From Candidatus Binatia bacterium (lineage in GTDB: Bacteria > Desulfobacterota > Binatia > Bin18), in contig JAJEFA010000007.1 in assembly GCA_022820725.1 (NCBI GenBank), forward strand, positions 221,215 to 285,214: a stretch of 64,000 bases of DNA, written 5' to 3'. Below, in pieces: positions 17,585-27,172 of this stretch. The position numbers and the translations under genes are program-made. The first letter of the stretch is position 1; each line of letters starts with the position of its first letter. The notes beneath the pieces are model-generated. The model was not told the origin of the DNA. It was given only the letters and a program-made list of their open reading frames with translations, and did not search any database.

Positions 17585-18784
17585 CTACAGCGGTGACCCA
17601 CTCGGCAGCCCGACCAGCGTGCGGCCGTAGGCTTCCAGCCCCGCCTCATAGTGCAGGGCAATGTGCTGGCTGACCGCATGCAGGTCACGCCAGATGCGCT
17701 GGACCGGGTGCTGGAGATACAGGGAGCGGCCACCGCTTAACTCAAACAGCCGGTCAACCGCACGGGTGGCCTGCCGTACGATATAGCTGCGCCAAGCGTA
17801 ATACTTGGCTCGGTCCTGCGCGGTCGGGACGCGGCCCTCCTGTCCATACTCCGTGACGAGTTCGTCCGTGCACTGCCACATCAGCCCTTCCAGCGCATCG
17901 GCGGTGGTGGCGGCTTCGGCTAAAGCGATATAAGCACTGGCCGTGCCGGGCAGGGGGGTCTCGCTCGGGCCATAGACAGGGATGCGAGCCCGCGTCCACT
18001 CCTCAAAATGAGCAATGGCCGAGCGGACCGACCCGATGGCTACCGGCACCAGTGCGACGCCCAGAGTGGGGATAAAGGGGAGTTTATACAAGGCGTTCGG
18101 ATGCAGCTGTTGCCCAGGAGAAGTCCCGGTCCGTTCCGCCCGCTCTAACCAATAGACCCGGTGGTGGGGCACAAACGCGTTCTCGACGACAACGGTATTG
18201 CTATCGGTTCCCTGCAAGCCCGCAACATGCCACTGGTCGTTGAGACGATAATCCGTCTTGGGAACGAACATCATCGTCCACTCGGGTGGCGCGTCCGGTT
18301 GGGGCGACACCCGGGCCCCGACCGCGACCCAATCGCTACACCACAGACCGCTTAAAAAACTCCACTGCCCGTTGAGCCGGTATCCGCCGGAGACCTCTTG
18401 AGCCGCCCCCGTGGGGGCGAAGGAGTCGGCCATCAGCACACTCGAATCTTTCCCCCAGAGTTCCTCTTGCAGTTCGGGCTCAACATAACTGATCCAGAAA
18501 TTGTGAATGCCGAGAATGCAATACACCCAGCCGGTCGAGGTATCCCCCTTGGAAATCTCGGTCGCTACCTGGAGGAAGGTCCGCAAGTCTCGCTCATAGC
18601 CGCCCCAGTAGGTCGGTTGGAGGACACGCAGCAACTCGGAGTCCTTCAGCGCCTGCATCAGCACGTCGGGCAGGCGGCGCTGCTGTTCGATGGTCTGCGC
18701 TTGCTCGGCCGCCAGCCGGGCGACCTCGCGGGCGCGCTCCAGCAGGGCGTCCGTTGTCAGAGCAGTCTGGGAATTGTCGCGCAT
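17585..18784 (-). CDS. ACAD-fold flavin-dependent monooxygenase (acyl-CoA dehydrogenase type 2 domain, oxygenase-component-like)
   Basis: Lies in ORF 17585-18796. The second ATG (18784) is directly preceded by GGAGGGAG. The fold and length resemble two-component monooxygenase oxygenase subunits (HpaH C2/DszC-like). Confidence 0.8.
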   Translation of the reverse strand: MRDNSQTALTTDALLERAREVARLAAEQAQTIEQQRRLPDVLMQALKDSELLRVLQPTYWGGYERDLRTFLQVATEISKGDTSTGWVYCILGIHNFWISYVEPELQEELWGKDSSVLMADSFAPTGAAQEVSGGYRLNGQWSFLSGLWCSDWVAVGARVSPQPDAPPEWTMMFVPKTDYRLNDQWHVAGLQGTDSNTVVVENAFVPHHRVYWLERAERTGTSPGQQLHPNALYKLPFIPTLGVALVPVAIGSVRSAIAHFEEWTRARIPVYGPSETPLPGTASAYIALAEAATTADALEGLMWQCTDELVTEYGQEGRVPTAQDRAKYYAWRSYIVRQATRAVDRLFELSGGRSLYLQHPVQRIWRDLHAVSQHIALHYEAGLEAYGRTLVGLPSGSPL

Positions 18785-18882
18785 AGCTCCCTCCATTTTT
18801 TATTCAGGTTCCGACGTTCCTCCGGAGAGACGCCTTTTTTGTCTGCACCTGACCCGCTGAGCCGTCGTCTCCTGGCGGCAAG

Positions 18883-20469
18883 TCAGCCAAACCATTTTTC
18901 ATCCCGCAGTTGGGCCCAGATCTTTTGGACGACGGCCCCACCCTGGCGCTGCACCCGCGCGGCGTCATCGCTCACAAACTGACCGTGAAAAACCTGGAAT
19001 TTTCCGTCAACCATCACATGCCGCACGCTCAGGCCGTGGGCGTAGAGCAGATTGTTGAGGGGTTCGGGCGGCACGGCTCCGGTGCCGGTCAGGAAGCCGC
19101 TGACATCAACTGTACACAGGTCTGCTTTGGCGCCGGGCGCAAGACGGCCCAGGTCCTCTCGTCCGAGCCCTTGAGCGGCGCCCAGGGTTGCGCCGTGGAC
19201 GGCATCCCAAATGGTCGGCAGGTGGAGTGGAACGGGGCTGCTGCCGTGTAAGAGCCGGGCACGCGCCCGGCCGTACAGAACGGCGAGTTTCAGGTTTTCG
19301 ATGTAGTCGTTGGAATGGGTATCGATGCCGATCGTCGTGCGTACGCCAGCGGCAAGCGCTTCCGGATAGGGTTGCGTGCCACTGCTGCCGCCGGCGCCAT
19401 TGCCCGAAGGACAGTGCGCATAAGTCAGATTCTTGCCGGCTAAAAACGGCAGGTCGTGCCGGACATCAATCCCGGTCAGGTGAGCACCAAAAATGCGCTC
19501 GGAATAAAAGCCCAGTTCGTCCAACCATGCGGCCGGCCGTTTGCCCCATACCCGCTGAACGGTCTGTGTCTCTTGGGTGCTCTGGGAGAGGTGAATATGA
19601 ATCCCGTTACCGACTTCTTTGGCCGCGGCCAGAATGGCCGCCATCGTCGTAGGCGTATGCGTGTCCGTGGCATGCGGGGTCATTTGGGGTCGAATCCGCC
19701 CTTCCGCGCTGCCGTTGTGAGTCAGGGCAAATTGTCGGTTAGCTTCAATCTCGGCCAGGGTTTCCTGTTCCGAATCGAGCAAGATCTGGTCCGAACGCCG
19801 AAACCAGATGGGGAATAGCCGCGCAATACCGGGGATCATCCCGCCAGGATAGCCGCGCGCGCCCCAACGCTTAGCAATGCGGACGTAGGATTCGGCCTGA
19901 CGGAGGCTCAAACTCATTTCCACCTGGGTCGTACAACCCGAGCGAAGCAGCTCGGCAAGATTATAGGCGGTCAGGGCGTCGAGGTCTTCGGTGCTCAAAG
20001 ACTCGACCAGTTCGAGCGGTCGGGCATACGACCGGCCGCCCTCAATAATCCCGCGGGTCGGGGTGGCTGAACAGGTATGGGTGTGACCCGAAATAAACCC
20101 CGGCAGCAGGAGTTGGCCGCTGGCTCGGAGCCGCGATGTATCGCCCTGGAGCCGGCCGCTTTTGACCTGTTCGATACGGTCTCCGCGAACCCGGAGCGAG
20201 CAGTCCGGCAAAAGCGCGAGGCGGCCTTCACGAAAAACCAGCCCCCACGGCGCCTCGATGATACAATCGTGGTGCGGTGGTTGGTCTGACGGTGGCGACG
20301 GGCCGGCAAAGAGGGACGGCGGGGCCTGAGCACCGACCACCCCAAAAGCCGCCCCGGCCAGACCGCCCTGTACCAGGAGCTGGCGGCGGGTCAGACCATC
20401 CTCAGACTGCGCGTTCGACAGGTCCGGGTCGTCACACCCAAAGCATCCACCGTAAAAGAACGGAGCCAT
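18883..20469 (-). CDS. Tat-exported amidohydrolase (chlorohydrolase/aminohydrolase family)
   Basis: 528 aa with the twin-arginine motif LTRRQLLVQGG. The HxH metal motif is FISGHTHTC, and later metal ligands occur in IHIHLSQS, GAHLTG and GIDTHSND. Confidence 0.85.
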   Translation of the reverse strand: MAPFFYGGCFGCDDPDLSNAQSEDGLTRRQLLVQGGLAGAAFGVVGAQAPPSLFAGPSPPSDQPPHHDCIIEAPWGLVFREGRLALLPDCSLRVRGDRIEQVKSGRLQGDTSRLRASGQLLLPGFISGHTHTCSATPTRGIIEGGRSYARPLELVESLSTEDLDALTAYNLAELLRSGCTTQVEMSLSLRQAESYVRIAKRWGARGYPGGMIPGIARLFPIWFRRSDQILLDSEQETLAEIEANRQFALTHNGSAEGRIRPQMTPHATDTHTPTTMAAILAAAKEVGNGIHIHLSQSTQETQTVQRVWGKRPAAWLDELGFYSERIFGAHLTGIDVRHDLPFLAGKNLTYAHCPSGNGAGGSSGTQPYPEALAAGVRTTIGIDTHSNDYIENLKLAVLYGRARARLLHGSSPVPLHLPTIWDAVHGATLGAAQGLGREDLGRLAPGAKADLCTVDVSGFLTGTGAVPPEPLNNLLYAHGLSVRHVMVDGKFQVFHGQFVSDDAARVQRQGGAVVQKIWAQLRDEKWFG

Positions 20470-20501
20470 CGTCTCTCTCCTCGCTGTCCAACCCGCCCCC
20501 G

Positions 20502-21536
20502 TCAGTGGTCGGCAAAGCGCGGCATGACTTCCTTAGCAAACAAACGCATTGAGCGGAGCGCCTTGTCATGCGCCAGGCCGGGAAACTGCATCCGCACAAT
20601 CAGATAATCCATCCCGAGCTTCTGCCGATACTGCTCGATTTCCCGGCTCACGCTGTCCGGGTCGCCAATGATGAAGCGCCCCCGAATCTGCTCAAACTGC
20701 ACCTCAGACTTGTCGACGACTCGTTTACCCTGATCGGTGGTCAACGGACGCCACTGCGACCAGGCGCCATACCATTCGCGGTGAATATACACCACGTGCT
20801 CCCTGGCCTCCGCTTCCGCCTGGGCGGTCGTCTCCGCCACATACACATCCCGCATAACGGGCCTGAGCGGGCCCTGGGTGCCGAACGCGTCGCAGAAGTC
20901 CTGGTACATGGCGTAATGAGCTTCAAGCTCTTCGAGACGATGGCGCGGAGAGGCCAAGAGCGGCAGGCCGTATCTGGCTACCCGACGCACGCCCTCTTTA
21001 ATGGAAGCGCCTATCCAGATGGGCGGATGGGGTTTTTGGACCGGCTTCGGTGTCACTGCCATATCCGTGTAAGAATAAAACTTGCCCTCAAACGAGAAGC
21101 GCTCCTGAGTCCAGGCCCGGATGAGGATGTTCATGATTTCTTCCATGCGCGCGCCGCGTTTTTCATGGGGGATACGAAAGCCGGCGAATTCCTCGGGCCG
21201 ATATCCTGGGGCGATACCGAATATCAAACGTCCTTCTGAAAGCAGATCGACCACCGCCGCTTCTTCGGCCAGGTGAATCGGATCATAGAGGGGCAGCAGG
21301 ATCACGCCGAGACCGATTTTGATGCGGCTCGTTCGCGTCGCCATACCCGCGGCGCAGGTCAGCAGCGCCGGGAGATAACCGTCCGGCAGAAAATGATGCT
21401 CGGTGAGCCAGACCGAGTCATAGCCCAACTCCTCGGCGACCTCGATCTGTTCCAGCATCTCGCGGTAGAGTTGAACGTGGCTGAACCCGCTCTCCGGCGG
21501 GGCTTGCATGCCATACGGGCCAAGACCAATCTTCAT
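20502..21536 (-). CDS. LLM-class flavin-dependent oxidoreductase
   Basis: ATG 21534-21536 sits inside ORF 20502-21665 with RBS GGAG. The product starts MKIGLGPYG and carries YDSVWLTEHHF and GRLIFGIAPG. Confidence 0.9.
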   Translation of the reverse strand: MKIGLGPYGMQAPPESGFSHVQLYREMLEQIEVAEELGYDSVWLTEHHFLPDGYLPALLTCAAGMATRTSRIKIGLGVILLPLYDPIHLAEEAAVVDLLSEGRLIFGIAPGYRPEEFAGFRIPHEKRGARMEEIMNILIRAWTQERFSFEGKFYSYTDMAVTPKPVQKPHPPIWIGASIKEGVRRVARYGLPLLASPRHRLEELEAHYAMYQDFCDAFGTQGPLRPVMRDVYVAETTAQAEAEAREHVVYIHREWYGAWSQWRPLTTDQGKRVVDKSEVQFEQIRGRFIIGDPDSVSREIEQYRQKLGMDYLIVRMQFPGLAHDKALRSMRLFAKEVMPRFADH

Positions 21537-21677
21537 CGTCTGCTCCTCTCTGGTCCTACGTCTGGTCGATTCCGCGCTGCTGCGCTGAGAGACCATACTA
21601 AGAACTTTTTTCAGAGGACGGCAAGACGTCGGGGGTCCGAGCAGGGTATCAGGACGGCGGGTCAACCGTGCGGTACA

Positions 21678-22988
21678 TTAGTAGGCCTCCGCATACAGGC
21701 GCCTGAGGTCGGCGGTGTCTTTGTCTTGAAGAAATGCGATCTCCCCGGCCTTATGAGCCAGGAACACGTCTATGAACTCCCCTGGAAACCACGAGCGCAG
21801 TTGCTGCTCATTATCGAGCAGGTCGAGGGCAGACTGCAAGTTGGATGGTAATCTGACGACACCGATTTTCGTCAGTTGGTCGTTCGTCAGCAGACTGAGG
21901 TCACCGGTCGTCGGGGTTGGTGTCGGTTCCTTGTCTCGAATGCCCTGTAAGCCGGCTCTGGCCAGAACGGCTAGTTGCAAATAGGGGTTGGCGGTGGCGT
22001 CGGCGGCTCGATATTCCACACGGAATTGTGACTCGGCCGTGAACCCTTCCAGTCCAATCACGGGACACACGCGTAGCGCGGCCTCTCGGTCATTCTCGGC
22101 AAGGTTATTGAAAGCCGCACTCCACCGATGTGGCTGCAAGCGCTCATACGACACAACGCTGGAGGCCGTCAGCGCAAGCAGGCTGGGCAGGTATTTCCGA
22201 ATACCGCCAAAGAAGCTCCCGGCCACGGGGGTCAAGCGCGCAGGACTGGTGGCGTCGTACGTACAGGGAACACCGTCCCGGTCAACAAGGCTGATATGAA
22301 TATGGAGTCCGTTGCCGGTGCCCTCGTTTACAACCGGAGAGAAGCTCACTTTTCGGCCCGTTCTTTTGGCGACTGCACGGACCATTTCCCTGACAATGAT
22401 ACACTCGTCGGCGGCCCGGAGGCCCAGGCTAGGCGCAACCGTGACCTCATATTGATCCTGACCGTATTCCGGTAAGAAGGTATCGGGTTTAAGGCCGGCT
22501 GAACGCAAGGCAGCAAGCAGCGTCCGCCCGAACTCCACGCTGTGTCTGAAGTTTCCCAAACTGAAGCTCGACCAGGGTACCGCCTCGTCGGCAACGCTCC
22601 AAAACTCATGTTCAAATGCCACTTTCAGTTGCAAGCCCGCTTCAGAGAGCAGGTCGGCCAAGACGTTTTGCAAGATCGACCGCGGACAAAAATTCCAGGG
22701 CGCACCGTCCAAAGTCCGGATGTCCCCAAGCATGAAATGCTCTGGAGCACTGCCGTCATCAAAAGCAACCCGGACTTCCGCACGCTCGTCCGGAACGAGC
22801 AACAGGTCGCCAAGAGATCCAAAAGGACCATCCGCAATCGTGTTGAAACAGGTGATGAGACTATTGGTCGGGACCCAGCCGACACCTCGAAGAACCCGCG
22901 TTTCTCGCTCGCTGGCGGGGAAGCCCTTGCCGCGAACCTGGTTCGCCAAATCCGCGCAGACGACCATGATAATGTCTTCGCTAATCAT
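21678..22988 (-). CDS. glutamine synthetase-family ligase (gamma-glutamyl-amine synthetase-like)
   Basis: GS catalytic motifs are present: AFEHEFW, GNGLHIHISL, SYERLQPHRWSA, REAALRV and RAADATANPYLQLAVLARAGLQGI. The chosen ATG 22988 overlaps the upstream stop by 8 nt (ATGATTAG). Confidence 0.85.
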   Translation of the reverse strand: MISEDIIMVVCADLANQVRGKGFPASERETRVLRGVGWVPTNSLITCFNTIADGPFGSLGDLLLVPDERAEVRVAFDDGSAPEHFMLGDIRTLDGAPWNFCPRSILQNVLADLLSEAGLQLKVAFEHEFWSVADEAVPWSSFSLGNFRHSVEFGRTLLAALRSAGLKPDTFLPEYGQDQYEVTVAPSLGLRAADECIIVREMVRAVAKRTGRKVSFSPVVNEGTGNGLHIHISLVDRDGVPCTYDATSPARLTPVAGSFFGGIRKYLPSLLALTASSVVSYERLQPHRWSAAFNNLAENDREAALRVCPVIGLEGFTAESQFRVEYRAADATANPYLQLAVLARAGLQGIRDKEPTPTPTTGDLSLLTNDQLTKIGVVRLPSNLQSALDLLDNEQQLRSWFPGEFIDVFLAHKAGEIAFLQDKDTADLRRLYAEAY

Positions 22989-23634
22989 CGGGGTCCGTGC
23001 TGAGGTGCGCGATTTCGGCAATCAGGTCCGCTGCCACGACTTGGCGACAGTAGCCCTTGATCGCCCGCTCGCTGGCTTGCTGTCGGGCTGCGGAGTATGT
23101 GGCACACGCGTCCGTGACCATGGTGACAAGATAGCCAAGATCACAGGCGTCACGGATGGCGCTCTCCACACATTGATCGGTTGCGACCCCGGCAATCACT
23201 AATTGTTTGACTCCGAGAGAGCGCAGCACATAATCGATATTCGTCGAGTTGAACACACTCGACGCCGTCTTGCTGATGACAATCTCATCGCCCACCGGGG
23301 TAATTTCATCGAGGACCTGAGCGTCCCATGAGCCTTTCGGGACATTAAAGCCGGTAATCTTATAGTCGAGGCCACGATCCCGTCCGTCTTGGGTGAGGTT
23401 TTCGATCACGCAGAACATCACTTCTATGCCGGCAGCGCGGCAGCAGTGCTGTAGACGCGCAATGTTCTTGACGGCTGGTTTGAGGGCGGCAAAGAAGAAG
23501 TCGCATTCGGCTCGCTGGGCTTCCGGTATCGCACGGACTTCTTCCCCATCTGGATGCGCGCAGTAGTTTTGCACGTCGATAATGAGAAAAGCAGACTCGC
23601 CTCTGCGGAGCGGCAGATCACGACTCAGGGGCAT
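22981..23634 (-). CDS. isochorismatase-family cysteine hydrolase
   Basis: 217 aa with FLIIDVQNYC (Asp) and VATDQCVESAIRDA (catalytic Cys). Confidence 0.9.
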   Translation of the reverse strand: MPLSRDLPLRRGESAFLIIDVQNYCAHPDGEEVRAIPEAQRAECDFFFAALKPAVKNIARLQHCCRAAGIEVMFCVIENLTQDGRDRGLDYKITGFNVPKGSWDAQVLDEITPVGDEIVISKTASSVFNSTNIDYVLRSLGVKQLVIAGVATDQCVESAIRDACDLGYLVTMVTDACATYSAARQQASERAIKGYCRQVVAADLIAEIAHLSTDPDD

Positions 23635-24428
23635 AGCCTCAACTCCTCAAGACAGCGCTGAAGCGCGCAGGTTAATACCCGTCCCCAGCGCGACTGTCCT
23701 GCTGTGTTGCGAATAAGATCGTTCCGCATCTCGATTAACACGTGGGGGATACCACGCGCCTCGCCGAACCGTGGAATGGTCTGGTCTTCATCATCAGCTA
23801 CAATATAGGGCTCGTTCATACCGATGACGGTATCGGGTGCTTGGATGCGCAGGTGCTCGGCCAGCAGTGTCGCCAGCGCGTCATCGCGATTGAACAAGAG
23901 CCCCAGATGCCACGGTCGATCGACCCCGTTCAGGGTTGGGGTAAAACTGTGAATACACACCAAAACAGTCGGCACTGATCGTTGCTCTCGGTCGTCGAGT
24001 GTCCGCTCAATGATAGCACTGAAAGGCTGCCAAATCTCACGGATACGTTGCTCTCGTTGCGCGTCCGAAAGACTCGCGTTGCCTGGGACTCTGACCCCTG
24101 CTGAGACTTCGGGGATCAAATCCGACACCCCAGGCGGTCTATTACAATCCACCACCAGGCGCGAGTATTTTTGATAGATGAGTTCGCCCGGAAGGGTATT
24201 CGCCAGCTCCCGCGCAACGGCGAACGCTCCGATGTCCCAGCCAATATGACTCTGCCGTTCAGCCTGCGAGAGCCCGAGCGTACCGAGTCGTGACGGGATG
24301 GCGTTTCCCGCATGCTCGCAGACAAGAAGAATGGGCATGTTCGCCTGCTGATGGAGATGGCCGATCGGAGGGACATCGTGGGGTTGGAGCAGCGATAGTT
24401 CGGGGGGATCCAAGGGGCGAGCGTACAA
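23625..24428 (-). CDS. N-formylglutamate amidohydrolase (FGase) family protein
   Basis: 267 aa with the LLVCEHAGNAIP and RLVVDCNRPP motifs typical of PF05013. Confidence 0.85.
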   Translation of the reverse strand: MYARPLDPPELSLLQPHDVPPIGHLHQQANMPILLVCEHAGNAIPSRLGTLGLSQAERQSHIGWDIGAFAVARELANTLPGELIYQKYSRLVVDCNRPPGVSDLIPEVSAGVRVPGNASLSDAQREQRIREIWQPFSAIIERTLDDREQRSVPTVLVCIHSFTPTLNGVDRPWHLGLLFNRDDALATLLAEHLRIQAPDTVIGMNEPYIVADDEDQTIPRFGEARGIPHVLIEMRNDLIRNTAGQSRWGRVLTCALQRCLEELRLCP

Positions 24429-24537
24429 AAATGAAGGCCGTATTTCAACATTGCCGGTTTTGCTCTGTCACCGCATACAGCTACTGACACTCGCACCCCT
24501 TGCCACCTGCTCGGTAAGGGCCGGTGGCCGCGCGGGA

Positions 24538-25551
24538 CTACAAGAAATGCGGCATGAGGTAAGCCTTGACCGCGTCCAGGGTGGCGGCGGGCCGGATGCC
24601 CGGCACCTCGAACGCGACCGGATTGGTGAGTCCGGCGTCGACCAGGGCGGCCAGCCTGTGGCGGCAGTGCTCCGGGTCGCCGGCAATCGCAAAGGTATCG
24701 ATCATCCAATCCGTTACCAGATCGACGGCCAGGTCGCCTGCGGCAAATCGTTCGCCGAAACGCTGTACGTCGCTGGCGGCAAGGCCGGGACAGGAGAAGA
24801 GCGGATGCTCTGGCTGGCCGCTCAACAGCCCGATCCAGGTGGCCAGAAAGGGCTTGACGGCCTCACGGGCAACGGCCGCGTCTTCGGCAACGGCAATAGT
24901 CAGCAGGCCACCGACTTCAAAGTCCGCCCAGGCTTTGCCTGCGGCGGTCGCTCCTTGTCTGAGACACTCTACCGCGTAGCGCACATAGGCCGGGCTCAGC
25001 AGCACGGCCAGCAGAGCCCCGTCGGCAATCTGACCGGCCAGGGTCAGGTTCTGTGGGCCCATCACCCCCAGGTGAATCGGCACGTCCGGCCGGAGGGGCT
25101 GAAAATTGAAGCAGGCCGACGTGGTCCGGAATACCTGTCCGGTATGTGTCACTTCCTCACCCCGAAAGAGCGCCCGGATAATCTCCACGCCTTCCCGCAT
25201 TGAGGTGGCCGGTTTGGTGTACGGAATCCCGAGGAGGCCCTCAATCCAGGGAGCGACGCTGGCGCCCATACCCAGCACCGCGCGGCCGTCGGATATTTCT
25301 TCCAGAGCACCCAACTCCATCGCCGTCAGGACGGGGTGGCGCGTATAGGGGTTGAGCACACCGATGCCGATACGGAGCGAACTTGTGCACGCCGCGATGG
25401 CGCTGGCCAGGCTGAACGCCCCGCGGTGTACATAATCTTCCGGTACCCAATAGGTCCCAAAGCCGTCAGCTTCGGCCTGCCGGGCCGTCACCATACATTC
25501 CCGGGCCGTCAGATGCTGGAAGCTCACCCCAAATTCCTTCACCTGTCCCAT
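24538..25551 (-). CDS. LLM-class F420-dependent oxidoreductase
   Basis: 337 aa. FGTYWVPEDY and GRAVLGMGAS are present, and the layout resembles methylene-H4MPT reductase. Confidence 0.9.
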   Translation of the reverse strand: MGQVKEFGVSFQHLTARECMVTARQAEADGFGTYWVPEDYVHRGAFSLASAIAACTSSLRIGIGVLNPYTRHPVLTAMELGALEEISDGRAVLGMGASVAPWIEGLLGIPYTKPATSMREGVEIIRALFRGEEVTHTGQVFRTTSACFNFQPLRPDVPIHLGVMGPQNLTLAGQIADGALLAVLLSPAYVRYAVECLRQGATAAGKAWADFEVGGLLTIAVAEDAAVAREAVKPFLATWIGLLSGQPEHPLFSCPGLAASDVQRFGERFAAGDLAVDLVTDWMIDTFAIAGDPEHCRHRLAALVDAGLTNPVAFEVPGIRPAATLDAVKAYLMPHFL

Positions 25552-25595
25552 CGCAACCCCTCGGTGTGATTGTGAAACGGGTTTTGAAACCCTTT

Positions 25596-26057
25596 TTACC
25601 GTGCGTTTTTCTGCTCTTCGGAGGCGCTGGCAAAATCCTCCAGGCTGAGCGTGACGTTGACCTTGAGGTCGTCGTCCAGCCCTTCGAATAGCACGCCGTC
25701 CTTGCCCCGCACACTGTAAAAAACAACCCCGCCGCCGTCACCGGCGCCTTCGCGATGCGGGTCGCCCGGCGGGCTGGCAGTATAGCTGCCCACGGGACGA
25801 ATTTCCATGAGCGAACCGTCGGGCTCATACAGCCGGTGTTCGCCCTGAACAACAAAGGTGTTGGTGAGGGCCAAATGCCGGTGGAGGAATATCTGCTCGT
25901 GGGCGGGGAATTTGAGCATGAAGTCGACGATGAGCTTTTCGCGATCAACATCAAGCATGGCAAACACAAAATGCTCGAAATCTCCTAATCTGTACCAGCG
26001 CACCTGGCGATCATCGAAGGTATACCGCAGTGTCTCAGCCGTGTGAGTGGTGGTCAT
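25596..26057 (-). CDS. cupin-like small protein
   Basis: 153 aa with RBS GAGGGAGGG. HRHLALTNTFVVQGEH plus a beta-rich remainder suggests a cupin (ChrR-like). The product call is tentative. Confidence 0.6.
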   Translation of the reverse strand: MTTTHTAETLRYTFDDRQVRWYRLGDFEHFVFAMLDVDREKLIVDFMLKFPAHEQIFLHRHLALTNTFVVQGEHRLYEPDGSLMEIRPVGSYTASPPGDPHREGAGDGGGVVFYSVRGKDGVLFEGLDDDLKVNVTLSLEDFASASEEQKNAR

Positions 26058-26112
26058 ATCGTGCGCCCTCCCTCTTGGTTGGTGTTGTCATCCGTTTTTG
26101 CGATACGGGGCG

Positions 26113-26922
26113 TTAGGCGCTGCCGATGTCGCTGTAATCCCCGTGTCGCCCCTTGCCGCTGTTGAACCGCATGGCACCCGCGAGACCCTCTGTCTCAACG
26201 ATATCGACGCTGTTTTCCCACTCGCTCCGCAGGGCATCCGCGACAGGTAAGCCATGCTGCCGGTAGACCGAGCGGCGATCCGCGCGCACGCAGCCCTGCG
26301 GGAAACGGGCAATCTCCTGGGCAAGCGCCTCAGCCGCCTCGCGCGAGCGACCATCAGCAACCACCTGTTCACAGGCACCGATGCGGAGGCACTCCTCGGC
26401 TGGCACTTTCCGACCGGTCAGGATGATTTCGAGAGCGCGGCCCTGTCCGACCAGTCGCGGCAGGCGTACCGTACCACCATCGATCAACGGTACCCCCCAG
26501 CGTCGGCAGTAGACACCGAAGTAGGCACTCTGCTCCATCACGCGGATGTCGCACCACAAGGCCAACTCGAAGCCGCCCGCGACCGCCGGGCCCGCGACCG
26601 CAGCAATCACCGGTTTCGACAGCTCAAGCCGGGTCGGCCCCATGGCGCCGCGCGGCGGTTTGCCGCCGTCTTTTGGAAAGTCGAGTTCCCGGAGCGGTTT
26701 GGCGCGCCCTTGGAGCGTACTCGCATACTTCAGGTCCCAGCCAGCGCAGAACGCGCCGCCTTCACCCCAGAGAATGGCCACACTGGCCTCCGGGTCGGCC
26801 TCGAAACGCTCGAAGGCCGCCACCAACGCCTCTGCGCTGTCGGGGTCCATGGCGTTGCGCGCCTCAGGGCGACTGTGAATGACGGTCGTCACGGCACCCT
26901 TCTTTTCAATGCGTACGGTCAT
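26113..26922 (-). CDS. enoyl-CoA hydratase/isomerase (crotonase) family protein
   Basis: ATG 26920-26922 sits inside ORF 26113-27174 with RBS GGAG. Motifs are RPEARNAMD, FCAGWDLK and GGFELALWCDIRV. Confidence 0.9.
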   Translation of the reverse strand: MTVRIEKKGAVTTVIHSRPEARNAMDPDSAEALVAAFERFEADPEASVAILWGEGGAFCAGWDLKYASTLQGRAKPLRELDFPKDGGKPPRGAMGPTRLELSKPVIAAVAGPAVAGGFELALWCDIRVMEQSAYFGVYCRRWGVPLIDGGTVRLPRLVGQGRALEIILTGRKVPAEECLRIGACEQVVADGRSREAAEALAQEIARFPQGCVRADRRSVYRQHGLPVADALRSEWENSVDIVETEGLAGAMRFNSGKGRHGDYSDIGSA

Positions 26923-27172
26923 CTCTCTCTCCTTCGTCGGTCGGGCTTGCCGAGCCTGTATGCTGTGTTGCGTTTCTTGTACACCGGGGCAGAAATTCCC
27001 GTCGAAACCTCCGTCGGTCGGGCCGGGCCGCGCTGAGCGGGTCCTTTTTGTACGGTCCGCTCCAGGGGCTGTCAACAAAGGCCACCGCGAGTGTTGCCAC
27101 GCTCTTGCCGCCCTCGCCTCTCGCCAGGTATCGTGCCCTCGGCCCGGTATCAGCCCGCTCGAAACATGACCC

